A stretch of DNA of 64,000 nucleotides from Promethearchaeati archaeon SRVP18_Atabeyarchaeia-1 (GTDB lineage: Archaea > Asgardarchaeota > Atabeyarchaeia > Atabeyarchaeales > Atabeyarchaeaceae). Location of the stretch: contig CP147779.1 of assembly GCA_037308085.1 (NCBI GenBank), positions 1,984,001 to 2,048,000 of the forward strand, read 5' to 3'. The position numbers were made by a program, and so were the translations under genes. Under the pieces are notes generated by a model. That model did not search any database, was not told where the DNA came from, and was given only the letters and a program-made list of their open reading frames with translations. Each line of letters begins with the position of its first letter. The first letter of the stretch is position 1. Below, in pieces: positions 47,893 through 58,278 of the stretch.

Positions 47893-48681
47893 GTGAGGAG
47901 GGGATCCGCGTTGGAAAGGAGTGCTCTGCCTTCAATCCTTGAACGATTAATGTTTGTTGTAGCGCTTGTTTTGCTTGCCATCGCGATTGCCTTGCCCTTC
48001 TATCAGGTATACATTCCTCCTTGGGGTGGACTCGGAGGGGGGGTGCGCAGAGATGTCTTTGGCTACGAGGAGCCGATACTTCTATTCTCATATTCTGCCT
48101 TCGGGCTATTTGCACTCCTATATATCGAGAAGATTCTTCTTGCAAAGAGGAAAACCGCATATGACTTCAATGCTCCACTTGCGTACGCCACGCTGCTCTT
48201 GGGGTTGCCCGCCCTTATCATGCTCGCGCTGACCCACCCAGAATACGTCGGCGGCGGAATGCGTATCCCAGAGTCAAGCGGCGTTCTCTTTATGATCCTT
48301 ATGCCAGGGGGCTACGTGTACCTTGCGGGCTGCGCCTTGCTCATCGCAAGCCGGATCGTTCCCCTCATGGTGCCAAAGAAGAGCGCCCCTGCTTCAGAGA
48401 GAATCGCTGGTTGGCTCAAGAGAAACCGGGTAGGCGCCTCCACCACGGCGCTCCTTTTGACCGCCATATCATCTATTCTGCTAACGTATATTGGCTCGGG
48501 GACGGTAGATTCAGTTACTGACTATGGTTTTGGTATTACCACCCTCTTCCTATTCGACGTATCGAGGCGTTTTATATACTTGGCGCAGTATGGAGATCTG
48601 TTTCTCCTCTTGGTCATCCTAGCAGCAATTGCGGTGAATATAGTGCTCTACTCTCGCTACAGGGTTCGGCTCCGAAAGTAG
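47893..48681 (+). CDS. Multi-pass membrane protein
   Basis: About 6 hydrophobic segments. Confidence 0.6.
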   Translation: MRRGSALERSALPSILERLMFVVALVLLAIAIALPFYQVYIPPWGGLGGGVRRDVFGYEEPILLFSYSAFGLFALLYIEKILLAKRKTAYDFNAPLAYATLLLGLPALIMLALTHPEYVGGGMRIPESSGVLFMILMPGGYVYLAGCALLIASRIVPLMVPKKSAPASERIAGWLKRNRVGASTTALLLTAISSILLTYIGSGTVDSVTDYGFGITTLFLFDVSRRFIYLAQYGDLFLLLVILAAIAVNIVLYSRYRVRLRK

Positions 48682-48818
48682 GTCGGGGGCTTCCCTCGGC
48701 AAGCCGCAATGCCGTCCACTTAGCTCTGCGCGGTGAGCGGAGAGGTGGTGAGATGGGCAACCCCAGCCCATAGGCTATTCAGGATTCATACTTCCTGAGG
48801 GTCAAAAGGCAAGCGCCC

Positions 48819-49232
48819 CTACCAGACCGCTTCCCGCATCTTCTGGTCCGAGTCCTTGAAGAAGCGGTCGTAGGCTGCATCCAGAGTCTGGGTGGCGTCC
48901 TTTAGAGTCTCCCAATTCTCGGAGTACTCTTGGGGTGGGAAGTTGCTGAAAAAGATGTTCTGCAGCTCCTCTAGTTCTTTCTTGACTACGCTCCCCTTTG
49001 CGTTGAGTTCTGTGCGGGTGATGAAGAGCAGCTTGTGGGCCGAAGCAACGAAGTACATTGAATTCCCTATGGAGACGGATTCCAGTTCACCTGACAGCGT
49101 CTTCTTCGCGAAGGAGTCCATAGCAGTCATAAACCCTGGGAGGAGGTGCTGCTCTGCCTGCTTCTCAGTGGACTTGGAGTATATGCTCGTGCCAGCATCC
49201 GTAACTACGTAGAAGTGGGTTATCATTGGCAT
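48819..49232 (-). CDS. Longin-like domain protein
   Basis: ITHFYVVTDAGTSIYSK...LLPGFMTAMDSFAK...ELESVSIG...LLFI, the pattern of Asgard longin-like domains. Confidence 0.65.
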   Translation of the reverse strand: MPMITHFYVVTDAGTSIYSKSTEKQAEQHLLPGFMTAMDSFAKKTLSGELESVSIGNSMYFVASAHKLLFITRTELNAKGSVVKKELEELQNIFFSNFPPQEYSENWETLKDATQTLDAAYDRFFKDSDQKMREAVW

Positions 49233-49255
49233 AGCTCATTCTACCGCTATACAGA

Positions 49256-50005
49256 TTACTGCCTGAGGCGTCTCGGCAGAACGAATCCAATGTAGAGCAG
49301 AATCCCAGAGATTCCCGCCGCGATCCAGCCCGCGATGACCCAGTAAGTGTAGCCTTCCGGCTCGAAGAACGCTGTCCAGACGCTGTCCATGACGAACAGC
49401 AGGTAGGCTACGATTATGCTTAGGGCTGCCAAGCGGATGTAGGAGAATCCTCGCCTCGCAATCTGGTCGGTTGTTCCGTGAATTGCGCGCGTTGTCGCCA
49501 TGATAAGCGTGAGGTATAGCGCCAGGGCGAAGGTGAGGTGGACCAGAAGGAGAACTGTGAACGTGTCGAGGAGTGTTGAACCAGTAGCCATTGTTGGGCC
49601 GAGGATGGGCAACAGCACCGCGACCGCTCCTTCCACCACGCCGAAGATCTTCAGTCTTGCTCCTCCGGATTCTCTGCCCTTATAGAAGATCTCCAACATG
49701 AAGAGGTACAGGAAAATGTTGGCTATAGCCGACATTGAGAAGGCTAGGCTCAGGCCGACCCTCCGAATGCCGACTAGAGGATCCATGACTAGCATGTCCA
49801 GAAGCTGCATGCATGTGGTCAGACTCAGGAATAGCGAGGTGAGGGTGATGTAGCGTGTAGCAGGCTGCCTGCGCTCCCTGTACCGCCCGAAAAGCTTCAG
49901 TGTCAGAAACACGAGTATTGCCGTTATTATCACTTGGCTCAGGAAGACCATGAGCACTCGCTCGTTGAAGAAGACTACGCCCAGCATTGCCCAACACCTA
50001 TTCAA
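49256..50005 (-). CDS. Seven-transmembrane protein
   Basis: Seven hydrophobic helices counted by eye; ends LYIGFVLP-RRLRQ. Confidence 0.65.
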   Translation of the reverse strand: MNRCWAMLGVVFFNERVLMVFLSQVIITAILVFLTLKLFGRYRERRQPATRYITLTSLFLSLTTCMQLLDMLVMDPLVGIRRVGLSLAFSMSAIANIFLYLFMLEIFYKGRESGGARLKIFGVVEGAVAVLLPILGPTMATGSTLLDTFTVLLLVHLTFALALYLTLIMATTRAIHGTTDQIARRGFSYIRLAALSIIVAYLLFVMDSVWTAFFEPEGYTYWVIAGWIAAGISGILLYIGFVLPRRLRQ

Positions 50006-50346
50006 CTAATCGGCTCCGAAACTAACAAGATTATCTCGTGAGGGATTTCTAATATACGTTTCGGGGAAGGTGCGAGGATCGCAAGAAGCGCCGAGCCTGC
50101 GCTCTCACCGACTGGGAACCGTGAAGCCGAAAAGCGTGACGGGCAAGACATTGAGAACTTACCTTTGAAAGCAGAGGCAATGGGCCCCGCCCCAGCTATC
50201 TATTTAAGCCTTCGACAAGCTATGTTCTGGAGGCAACTTCATCCACGAGCAGACTGCCAACCCCAAGCATCCCCTAGCCCTCAAGGGGCACAGAAGCAGT
50301 TCCCTCAGAAATATATATTTAACCTTAGATGGATGGAGGAGGTAGC

Positions 50347-51000
50347 ATGGTAGACGCACAGGCGATCATGTCCCTGGAGATCTTAGCTGTGAAGGAGCAA
50401 GCCAAAGTGTATGGCCCGGTCATCCCGAGACTCGTCGGAATCTCCGCGTCGAAGTTTGTCGCCGAAAAACTGGGGGAAGCCACACCCGCCGTCAACAACC
50501 TTGACCAAGCCGTCGACTACCTTACAAAGAGCCAAAGCCGGTACCCGAAAGCCTTCACGGCCTTGGCCTACGGAGTCTACAAGGCGGGAAGCACGCTTGA
50601 AGGAAACTCCGGCGCCAGCACCAGGATCTTCAAGTCAATCATGAGAAAGATCATGGAGAGCATGGGGCTCGGGAAGATGCTGGGCCGCGAGCAGAGCACA
50701 TGTGCCGCGATAACGAAGAACACGAAGTTCAACGAGGACATGAACGTAGTTGAGAAGGGAATCACGAAGGTCACCGGAGACAGCAATACTGCCGTGAACG
50801 CTATCACGGGGTGCGACTACATCGACGTATGCAACAAACTAGCACAGGAAGGAATTTTCAGGGCAGCCTCATGCGGGCTAGAGTGCATCTACGCGCTGTC
50901 GGACGCCGCCACAGCAGCAATGCTGACGGGCAGCGAACACGAATACCGGGTATTGAGGTTCGACCCACCGATATGCGAGTACAAGGTTTTCAAGCTTTGA
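50347..51000 (+). CDS. Hypothetical protein with a Cys-containing V4R/MetOD-like C-terminus
   Basis: ITGCDYIDVC...ECIY...PPICEYKV. Confidence 0.5.
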   Translation: MVDAQAIMSLEILAVKEQAKVYGPVIPRLVGISASKFVAEKLGEATPAVNNLDQAVDYLTKSQSRYPKAFTALAYGVYKAGSTLEGNSGASTRIFKSIMRKIMESMGLGKMLGREQSTCAAITKNTKFNEDMNVVEKGITKVTGDSNTAVNAITGCDYIDVCNKLAQEGIFRAASCGLECIYALSDAATAAMLTGSEHEYRVLRFDPPICEYKVFKL

Positions 51001-51059
51001 GAACAGCGACCTTTCACGGATCGCCCACTGGAACTATTCAGATCTGCGGGGGGATTTGG

Positions 51060-51533
51060 ATGTCTTTATCCAGCAAGTTGAGCCATTTTCGCGTTACCGA
51101 CGCAAAATTCGTGACAGGGGGAAAGAAGGGCGGCGGCAGAATGATAGAAGTCCGCCTTGAGGGCGCAAAGATCCTGCCCGCGCAAACCATACAGATCGTT
51201 GAGCACGAGCCTTGGATTGGATCCTGGTGGAAGACACGAAACTCAAAAAAGATACTTCTTGATGATGATGCCGCTACAAAAGACAAGTACATTCTCAGCC
51301 TCGCGATCCACGAGGTAGTCGAGAAGTGGGTGTACGAGACCTTCTTCAAAGGCACTCCAATCAGCAAGGTGTACTCAACTTGCCATAGGACGGCGCAAAA
51401 CCTGGAACGAACTTACCATCAACAGAAGTGGGGAAAGGAATCCTGGAAGGAATACTCGAAGATAGTCAACAAGGCGTACCGGAAAGAGAGGAGGTACGAG
51501 GAGAGCGACAAGGCAAAGGCAACAAGCAGGTGA
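51060..51533 (+). CDS. Hypothetical protein, zincin-like HExxE
   Basis: LAIHEVVE...CHRTAQ. Confidence 0.45.
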   Translation: MSLSSKLSHFRVTDAKFVTGGKKGGGRMIEVRLEGAKILPAQTIQIVEHEPWIGSWWKTRNSKKILLDDDAATKDKYILSLAIHEVVEKWVYETFFKGTPISKVYSTCHRTAQNLERTYHQQKWGKESWKEYSKIVNKAYRKERRYEESDKAKATSR

Positions 51534-51538
51534 GGCTC

Positions 51539-52150
51539 TCACACCCGTCCTGCAAAGTAGCTGCTCACGGCGCCTGCTATCCTTACGGCGACTGGACCTA
51601 CTATGAGAAGTGTAATCAACGAGACGCTTAGGAATGGCAGGAAATTGTAGAGAAGCGTGGGCAGAAGGTTCTGTCCAGCGATCACCAAGAGTCCACCCAA
51701 GTAGAGGATCACCATTGCGATGAGGCCTGCCATGGTGAATACCAGTAGCTTGCCTAGCCTCCTCCCTCTTGAGAAGCCTTCGCCTTCGGTGTAGTGCGGG
51801 ATACCTGTTATGAGGCCGAGCAAACCGTAGGAGAGGTTGATGACTCCGAGAGCTATGATCTGCTGCGTGAAAAGGGCATCGGCACCTAGGGTTCCAAGGA
51901 ACCCGACGAGTAGACCTGACAGCGGACCGAAGAACGCTGCTGCTACCGGGATAGCAAGCAAGGCGAAGTCTATCTGCACCGTGAGCATGCCCATGAGTTT
52001 GTAGCTGGGCGACCTCACGAAGTACAGGACTATGTAGCTCACTATCCCTGCGAGGGAGCCCAGCAGTGTCTTGAGGATGTCCTCGCGGGTTTGGAGTCGC
52101 ATGAAGTACAGGGCTCTTTCCAGTCGGGTTTTCTCCTTCTTCTTGGTCAT
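51539..52150 (-). CDS. ECF transporter S component
   Basis: AAFFGPLSGLLVGFLG, GLLGLITG; about 6 TM. Confidence 0.75.
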   Translation of the reverse strand: MTKKKEKTRLERALYFMRLQTREDILKTLLGSLAGIVSYIVLYFVRSPSYKLMGMLTVQIDFALLAIPVAAAFFGPLSGLLVGFLGTLGADALFTQQIIALGVINLSYGLLGLITGIPHYTEGEGFSRGRRLGKLLVFTMAGLIAMVILYLGGLLVIAGQNLLPTLLYNFLPFLSVSLITLLIVGPVAVRIAGAVSSYFAGRV

Positions 52151-52165
52151 TGTTCATCGTCCCTC

Positions 52166-53776
52166 TCACGCGATGACGAATGAGTAGCTGCCTGGAGTGA
52201 GTGTAAGTAGCATCTGGCTGCCATTCTGGGTCCAGTTTGCGTATGTGCCCTGCGCCGTGTAGACGTTCTGGACGCTTGGGAAGTTGCTGAACGTCAAGAC
52301 CACATTACTGGCCGTCTCCAAGGTTAGAATGAACGCTGCTCTGGCGGTATCGTAGTAGGCCTGGTAGATGAATAACCCGTCCGTCGTGGACTGGTTAGAG
52401 ATGTAGGGCTTCGCGAAGAAGGTGTCGTTTCGAGGATTCATGAGATCAGTCAGAGTCGAGCTGGCGTGGCACCAAGCCCACGCGACGTTGATGACTGGGA
52501 AGGCGAACGAACTCAGGCTACCCATGACGCTTGTGTCAAAGGAGTACTTGTAGCCGCTCCAACTGGCTTCAAAGGGGCTATAGAACCAGTTCTCAAGCTT
52601 CCTGAAGAGCGCTTGGTCGCCCATCTCTCGTGCACAGAATAGGGCAAACACGTTGCCTACGTATTCGGAGAGGCTGAAGTCATGTGGGTAGTAGTACGAG
52701 TCCACCACGTAGGCGGTGTCCTCCGTGCTATAGTGGACAAAGGCTCCTTTCCAGTTGCCATACAGCTCGTTGGCGAGCGCTGTCATCCCCATGGCGTTGT
52801 AGAACATTGTTGTCCACGCAGAGCCGTAGGCTGAGACCTTGGGGTATGTTGTTCCCCTGGTTAATGCTGGTCCGGGATAGGATTGCGGGGCATCACTTCC
52901 TCTATGCTCCATGAGAGGTGCACGTATGTAGTAGCCGTCCACAGGTATCCCCCGGGGGTCAATCATGTTCGCCTCCCACCAGGAGATGCCCGGCAAGGTG
53001 GCTTGCTGGTAGTTTGTGCCGTGGAGCTTGTCGTATAGCCTCATCGCGTAGAAGGGGATGCAATTGCACTGCACAAACACGATGAAGGGCTCGCAGGGTA
53101 TCAATCCCACTCCCCACCTGCCGAGGCCATTCGAGGGGTTTCCGTCCCACGTCACGTTTGCGGTAAGCGTCGCGTTCCACTGGTCCATGTAGCTCTCTAT
53201 CTCGCTGTTGTAGATGCTGTCATGGAACAGGCTGTAGTATAGCAGTTCCATCAACGCGTAGTGCCCGGTCCACATGATGTTTGTGGGACCCCTGAAACTA
53301 TTGCCAAGAAGCGAATAGTTGGCGTTAGTGAAATCAGGGCTGATCCATTCAAGCTGCTCCATCGCGGAGCTGTTCATCATGGCGATGAGTTTGTGGAATA
53401 CCTCTGTGTAGTAGCTGGTTCGGTAGCCTGGCGTGGAGTCAGCGATCTTCGCCATTCCATAGGTCGTGAACGCCAGGAAGTACTGAGTCATGAAGGGCGG
53501 TAGCATGCTCAGATCGTTCACACTCGAATTCGACAGATCAGTTACACCGTAGTAGTCCCGGAAAAGGTTGAGCAGCCCGATAACTCGCCGGTCGAGCACC
53601 GGATACGCGTTCAAGTCAAAGGACCCTTTTCCCTGGACGCTTATCACGCCAAGCTGGGGATTCGCATACTGGGCGGGTGCCAGCAGGAAGGTTGAAGTTC
53701 CAGCTGCTATTGTCATTATGAGAAGGAGTGAGAAGAACTTGTTTTTCGAAGCTAGACTGATGGTTTTCTTGGCCAA
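52166..53776 (-). CDS. Secreted linalool dehydratase/isomerase-like protein
   Basis: NIMWTGHYALMELLY and CEPFIVFVQCN resemble the LinD NIMYKGH and CEPDNYFVQCN motifs; signal peptide. Confidence 0.65.
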   Translation of the reverse strand: MAKKTISLASKNKFFSLLLIMTIAAGTSTFLLAPAQYANPQLGVISVQGKGSFDLNAYPVLDRRVIGLLNLFRDYYGVTDLSNSSVNDLSMLPPFMTQYFLAFTTYGMAKIADSTPGYRTSYYTEVFHKLIAMMNSSAMEQLEWISPDFTNANYSLLGNSFRGPTNIMWTGHYALMELLYYSLFHDSIYNSEIESYMDQWNATLTANVTWDGNPSNGLGRWGVGLIPCEPFIVFVQCNCIPFYAMRLYDKLHGTNYQQATLPGISWWEANMIDPRGIPVDGYYIRAPLMEHRGSDAPQSYPGPALTRGTTYPKVSAYGSAWTTMFYNAMGMTALANELYGNWKGAFVHYSTEDTAYVVDSYYYPHDFSLSEYVGNVFALFCAREMGDQALFRKLENWFYSPFEASWSGYKYSFDTSVMGSLSSFAFPVINVAWAWCHASSTLTDLMNPRNDTFFAKPYISNQSTTDGLFIYQAYYDTARAAFILTLETASNVVLTFSNFPSVQNVYTAQGTYANWTQNGSQMLLTLTPGSYSFVIA

Positions 53777-54038
53777 TAAGCCTCACCAAATCAGCGTTAT
53801 TTCGCAAGGTTCTTCCCTATTAAGCCACTGGTAGAGCACCTATCGAAGTCGGCAATCTCATACGTCAATCATGGATCTACGCTTTATAGCTGGTGGAGAG
53901 ATATGTGCCGTGTGGAGAGAGGCTCGCCTGTCCATGGGCTACAGGCTGGAATCTCGAAAAGGGCGATCCGGTATCAATTCGAAGAATATATATCGCTTTC
54001 AAGGAATTGTGTTAGCGGAGTTCCTGGAGGCGCTTAAG

Positions 54039-54818
54039 ATGAGCAAGGATAATGTGAGTATCATCACTAAGAAGCTGAACAAGAGATTCGACAAAGTTCA
54101 GGCGGTCAAGAACTTGGACCTGCAAGTAGATGTGGGCACCAGATTTGGATTCTTGGGACCGAACGGTTCAGGAAAAACAACTACCGTTCGCATGCTGTCG
54201 GCCCTGATGAAACCGACCAGTGGCCAGGCCACTGTCTGCGGTTTTGATATCGTCAGAGAAGCCAGCAAAGTCAAGAGTGTGACAGGCCTGCTTCCCGAAA
54301 CCCCCGGAGTCTACTCTAAGCTTTCCGCTGTCGAGTTCCTAGAGTTCATAGGCGCACTCCGCGACATGAGCGGAGAGGCGCTCCACAAGCGAGTCGACCG
54401 CATTCTAGAAATGCTTGGGCTTGAAAGCCGCGAGAATGACCTTCTCGAATCCTATTCATCTGGAATGAAGCAGAAGGTGCTTGTAGCGTCGACGCTGCTA
54501 CATGATCCGAAGCTCGTCTTCCTGGATGAGCCGACTTCTCGTCTAGACCCTGCCGCAAGCGCACTAATAAAGGACCTCATAATCGTCCTCGCAAAGGAAA
54601 CTCACACAACCTTCTTTATATGCACACACCAGACTGCCTTCGCGGAGGGCGTCTGCGACGAGATCGGGATACTCAGCGAAGGAGAGCTTGTCACCGTGGG
54701 TTCACCCGACGACATAATGCGATCCGTAAAAGCAAGGACCCTTGAAGACGCATACCTAAGCATTGTTGGAGGAAAAGTCGACCGCGAAAAGCTCCTCGAG
54801 TGGAGGAAAGGTAAATGA
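54039..54818 (+). CDS. ABC-2 exporter ATP-binding subunit
   Basis: GPNGSGKTT, YSSGMKQK, FLDEPT, CTH. Confidence 0.92.
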   Translation: MSKDNVSIITKKLNKRFDKVQAVKNLDLQVDVGTRFGFLGPNGSGKTTTVRMLSALMKPTSGQATVCGFDIVREASKVKSVTGLLPETPGVYSKLSAVEFLEFIGALRDMSGEALHKRVDRILEMLGLESRENDLLESYSSGMKQKVLVASTLLHDPKLVFLDEPTSRLDPAASALIKDLIIVLAKETHTTFFICTHQTAFAEGVCDEIGILSEGELVTVGSPDDIMRSVKARTLEDAYLSIVGGKVDREKLLEWRKGK

Positions 54819-56500
54819 CCCGCAAGTGGTTTCAGGTTGCAAGGGCTGAGTTCCTCGCTTCGACATCGAGGTACCGTGGCAAGCGGCGCATCGTGTGGGT
54901 TGGCGCTTCTGCTCTAGGCGTTTTCTGGGCTCTATACATAGTTCCAACAATCGTGTCACAGTTGCTCGCCGAAATCGGCCCACTGGTGGCCCCGATATTG
55001 CAGAGCGCCTATTTCTTTCCGGGGTTCATGCGTTCGACCATCATGCTAGTGTGGTCTATGCTTCTCATCTATCCGATGTCAGCCGCGCTCCAAGAGATCA
55101 AAGTTGGGCAATGGGAGATTATGCTTAGTCACGACGTCGGGACGAGAAGCATCATGATAGGCACCTTCCTAGCTAAGATCCCCGTATACGGTTTGGTAAC
55201 GCTTTTCCTCGCGCCGATCCTCGTCTCACCCTTCGCCATATTCTATAGCGTCTCAGTTATTGGCCAGGTATTCATGTATCTGACCATATTCTTCATTGCC
55301 GTGAGCACGATCTGGCTTGCCAACTTCCTCATAACAGCGATACAGGGGAAGCTTGGCGATTCCCCCAGGGGAAACGACTTGGCCAAGGCTCTCGGCATAG
55401 TGCTTGGCATCATTGTTATTGTCCCCATGTACGGGCTCATCTACCTTGCTCCCACTGTTTCACAGATACTGGGAACTAACGTCTTCCTCTTTCTTCCCTT
55501 CACATGGGGCGCGGACTTGCTCACTTGGATCATTATCTCGTTTAACGGTGTAGGGCTCCCCCAGTCAACCATGACAGCCTTTGCGTCGGCACTCACCCTA
55601 GACTGGTTCTCCGATCTCCTACTCCTCTCCGTGTTCTCTCTAGCCATCATCGGACTAGCCTTCGGCTCTGCGGGCAGGCTGTTCCGCATTGGAGCAGGTG
55701 CCAGAACTGAGAAGATCGTTACTGTCGGAAAAGACGGCCCCTTCCTGAGGCTCATCCGGCGAGTCTTCCCTGGATCCTTTGGAGTTCTTCTCACCACGTC
55801 ACTCAAGGATTTCTTGCGGAAGGCACAAAACGTTTCGATGCTAGCTTATGCCATAGTCTTGTCAGTTATCCTCCCCTTCTTTCTGAACCTCGAAGGCATA
55901 AACGCCGGGCATGGCACGGTGAGTGAAGCGTTCCTGACCTACTTCATTACGCCGGTGATTTTCGGGTGGATGCTCGGTATCTTCAGCGGCATGAGCTTCG
56001 GAGGAATTGGATTCCTTGATTCCCAAGACCAGCTGTGGATCATTAAAACACCCCCGAAGGGCGCAACAAGATTCGTCAAAGCAAGAGTAGTAGAGGCATT
56101 TCTAATGGCTCTGATTATCGCAACTATCCCTGCGGCTATTTTCCTTATCTTGATGAACTACAGCCTCATCCAGACGATTGTGATCTGGATCTATGGATAT
56201 CTGTCGGTATGCGGTTCAGCAATGGTGGGCATAGGAGTTTCTGCGATTAACCCGACGTATGATGACACGCAAAGCGGTGCATTCAAGTCAGGCAGGTTGA
56301 TAACAGTGTTCATTGTGATGGGAACTTCGATGATCTGGTTCTTTGTCGCGATCTTCTCAATATTCCCCGCCCTGGGAACACCAGACCTTTCTAATCCCTT
56401 TATGCTACCACTGGCGCTCGGCATCATGATCGCGCCTTTGCTGCTGGCGGGTTTGTTGACCGCGTATATTGGCGCGAGGAGACTCAGGAGACCCTACTAG
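54815..56500 (+). CDS. ABC exporter permease
   Basis: 12 or more TM, 4-nt overlap with the ATPase gene. Confidence 0.75.
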   Translation: MTRKWFQVARAEFLASTSRYRGKRRIVWVGASALGVFWALYIVPTIVSQLLAEIGPLVAPILQSAYFFPGFMRSTIMLVWSMLLIYPMSAALQEIKVGQWEIMLSHDVGTRSIMIGTFLAKIPVYGLVTLFLAPILVSPFAIFYSVSVIGQVFMYLTIFFIAVSTIWLANFLITAIQGKLGDSPRGNDLAKALGIVLGIIVIVPMYGLIYLAPTVSQILGTNVFLFLPFTWGADLLTWIIISFNGVGLPQSTMTAFASALTLDWFSDLLLLSVFSLAIIGLAFGSAGRLFRIGAGARTEKIVTVGKDGPFLRLIRRVFPGSFGVLLTTSLKDFLRKAQNVSMLAYAIVLSVILPFFLNLEGINAGHGTVSEAFLTYFITPVIFGWMLGIFSGMSFGGIGFLDSQDQLWIIKTPPKGATRFVKARVVEAFLMALIIATIPAAIFLILMNYSLIQTIVIWIYGYLSVCGSAMVGIGVSAINPTYDDTQSGAFKSGRLITVFIVMGTSMIWFFVAIFSIFPALGTPDLSNPFMLPLALGIMIAPLLLAGLLTAYIGARRLRRPY

Positions 56501-56605
56501 CCGCAAGACGGCTGCCGACAGGCAGACAGCTGCAGCCGCAAGCCGCCATCGGTTCTCTCCACCTAAAACTATATTACACTAGACCATGAGAAGTGACGCC
56601 GATCG

Positions 56606-57214
56606 GTGGTGTTGCAGTTGATGAGGGACGAGATCATTAGTTTCGTCAAGCAAATGAAAGCCGGCGACCATGTAATCTTCTTCCACTCAAGCCGTGAAGA
56701 CAAGCGCTACGTCCTCTTCACATATATTCAAGCTGGGCTCGAAAAGGGACAAGCAGCAGCTTACGTGACTAGCCAGGAGACCCCGGACCAAGTTAGAAAA
56801 GCCATGCAGGAATACGGAGTCGATGTGAAGCGCCACGAGGCTAGCGGCGCACTAAGGGTGATAGACTACAGAGGATGGTACATCATTGGCGGAGGATTTG
56901 ACCCTGAGAAAACTATGGATCTGTGGAGAGGATTAGTAAGGGAAACTAGGAAGAAAGGATTCAAGGGCATGCGGGTAACTGGGGACATGACGTGCTTCTT
57001 TGACCACGAAATCGTTCAAGACCTAATGGAGTATGAGGCAAACTTCAGCAAATCGGTTGGCGCTGAGATTATGGCCATCTGCGCCTATGATCAGCGGCTC
57101 TTCGCCGAGCAGTCAGTGAAAGCCGACTCCCCTGAAGTAATGCTGAGCCTTCTGACATCACACTCTACCGCGATCATCACGGGACACCCAGAAGGGCTGG
57201 TCAAGACTATCTAG
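56606..57214 (+). CDS. Stand-alone MEDS sensory domain protein
   Basis: GDHVIFFH, YIQAGLEKG, RVTGDM, LMEYE, AICAYD. Confidence 0.85.
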   Translation: MVLQLMRDEIISFVKQMKAGDHVIFFHSSREDKRYVLFTYIQAGLEKGQAAAYVTSQETPDQVRKAMQEYGVDVKRHEASGALRVIDYRGWYIIGGGFDPEKTMDLWRGLVRETRKKGFKGMRVTGDMTCFFDHEIVQDLMEYEANFSKSVGAEIMAICAYDQRLFAEQSVKADSPEVMLSLLTSHSTAIITGHPEGLVKTI

Positions 57215-57240
57215 ATGCCGAGAGACATGCGAATTGCGCA

Positions 57241-58278
57241 TTAAATCGGTTCTCGTTTTTCCTTGACGGCTCTTAGACCGTAAGCAAGCAGGGCAACGAC
57301 AACCAGCAACGCAACGTAGGTTGCAGAGAATGCCTGAATGTATTGTTGAGCAAGGAACGGGTAGATTACGTACTCGATGAGAGCTAAGTGCAGAACATAG
57401 ATGAAGAGAGAAGACTCGCCCACGACGCTCAGGGGTTTGCATATAGCCGAGGACGAAGTCCAACCCACCAAGGTGAAAAGCACAACTATCAGCCCGATCG
57501 CGGTCAAAGCGTAGCCGATCGAAGGGGGATAGAACAGTTCGCTGTATCCCGCGCGAACTAAGAGGCTGCCAGGAAAGATCAGCCAGACGAGAATACCAAC
57601 GACAAGAAGCCCAAGCCCGGCCACCAGAAACCCAGTTCCTCCGAAACTATCCTTAGAGTTGGAGCTCCAACGAATGTTAGCGAGGGTGGCGCCTAAGAAG
57701 GAGAATCCTAGCCAAGGAAAAACGGGGAACCAGCCGTCCACCAACCAGTGATTCAGAACGCCCATCTGGTTCGAGACGATGAAGGTTTGTTGCCCCAGCA
57801 GGTTGAATTCGGTCGGATAGTCAGCATAGCCAAGAGCTATCTGGAGAAGGGGAGTGGCGGCGAGGATGGCGATTATGATGACCCACTGAATAGCAGGTCT
57901 GAGCCTTAGAAACAGGTATGCGAGTGGAATTGAGACGCCAATCAGGTAGAGTACATCAACGGTCGTGAAAGGATAGATCCTCCATATTGTAAGGTCGACC
58001 AGCACTCCCACCAGTATGACCTTTGCCCCCCGGACTGAGAAGTGCCTCAAGTTGTGCCCTTCTGTTCTGGCTGTGTAAGCAACCATCATACCGGAAATCA
58101 GTATGAACAACGGCGCAGCGAAGGATCCGTAGAGGCGGAGCCAAAGTGGATGCGGCTGAAGTAGCAGAAAGGCGGCGCTGTTGGCGGCGATCATCATGAT
58201 AACTGCAATCCCACGGAGCGTATCCACGGACGCATCTCGTACCTGAGCTAAGGGACTCTTACCCCGTTCCTGCGGCAT
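57241..58278 (-). CDS. DUF1624/HGSNAT-like membrane acyltransferase-family protein
   Basis: SVDTLRGIAVIMMI, AAPLFILISG, FPVFPWLG, GESSLFIYVLH. Confidence 0.8.
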   Translation of the reverse strand: MPQERGKSPLAQVRDASVDTLRGIAVIMMIAANSAAFLLLQPHPLWLRLYGSFAAPLFILISGMMVAYTARTEGHNLRHFSVRGAKVILVGVLVDLTIWRIYPFTTVDVLYLIGVSIPLAYLFLRLRPAIQWVIIIAILAATPLLQIALGYADYPTEFNLLGQQTFIVSNQMGVLNHWLVDGWFPVFPWLGFSFLGATLANIRWSSNSKDSFGGTGFLVAGLGLLVVGILVWLIFPGSLLVRAGYSELFYPPSIGYALTAIGLIVVLFTLVGWTSSSAICKPLSVVGESSLFIYVLHLALIEYVIYPFLAQQYIQAFSATYVALLVVVALLAYGLRAVKEKREPI

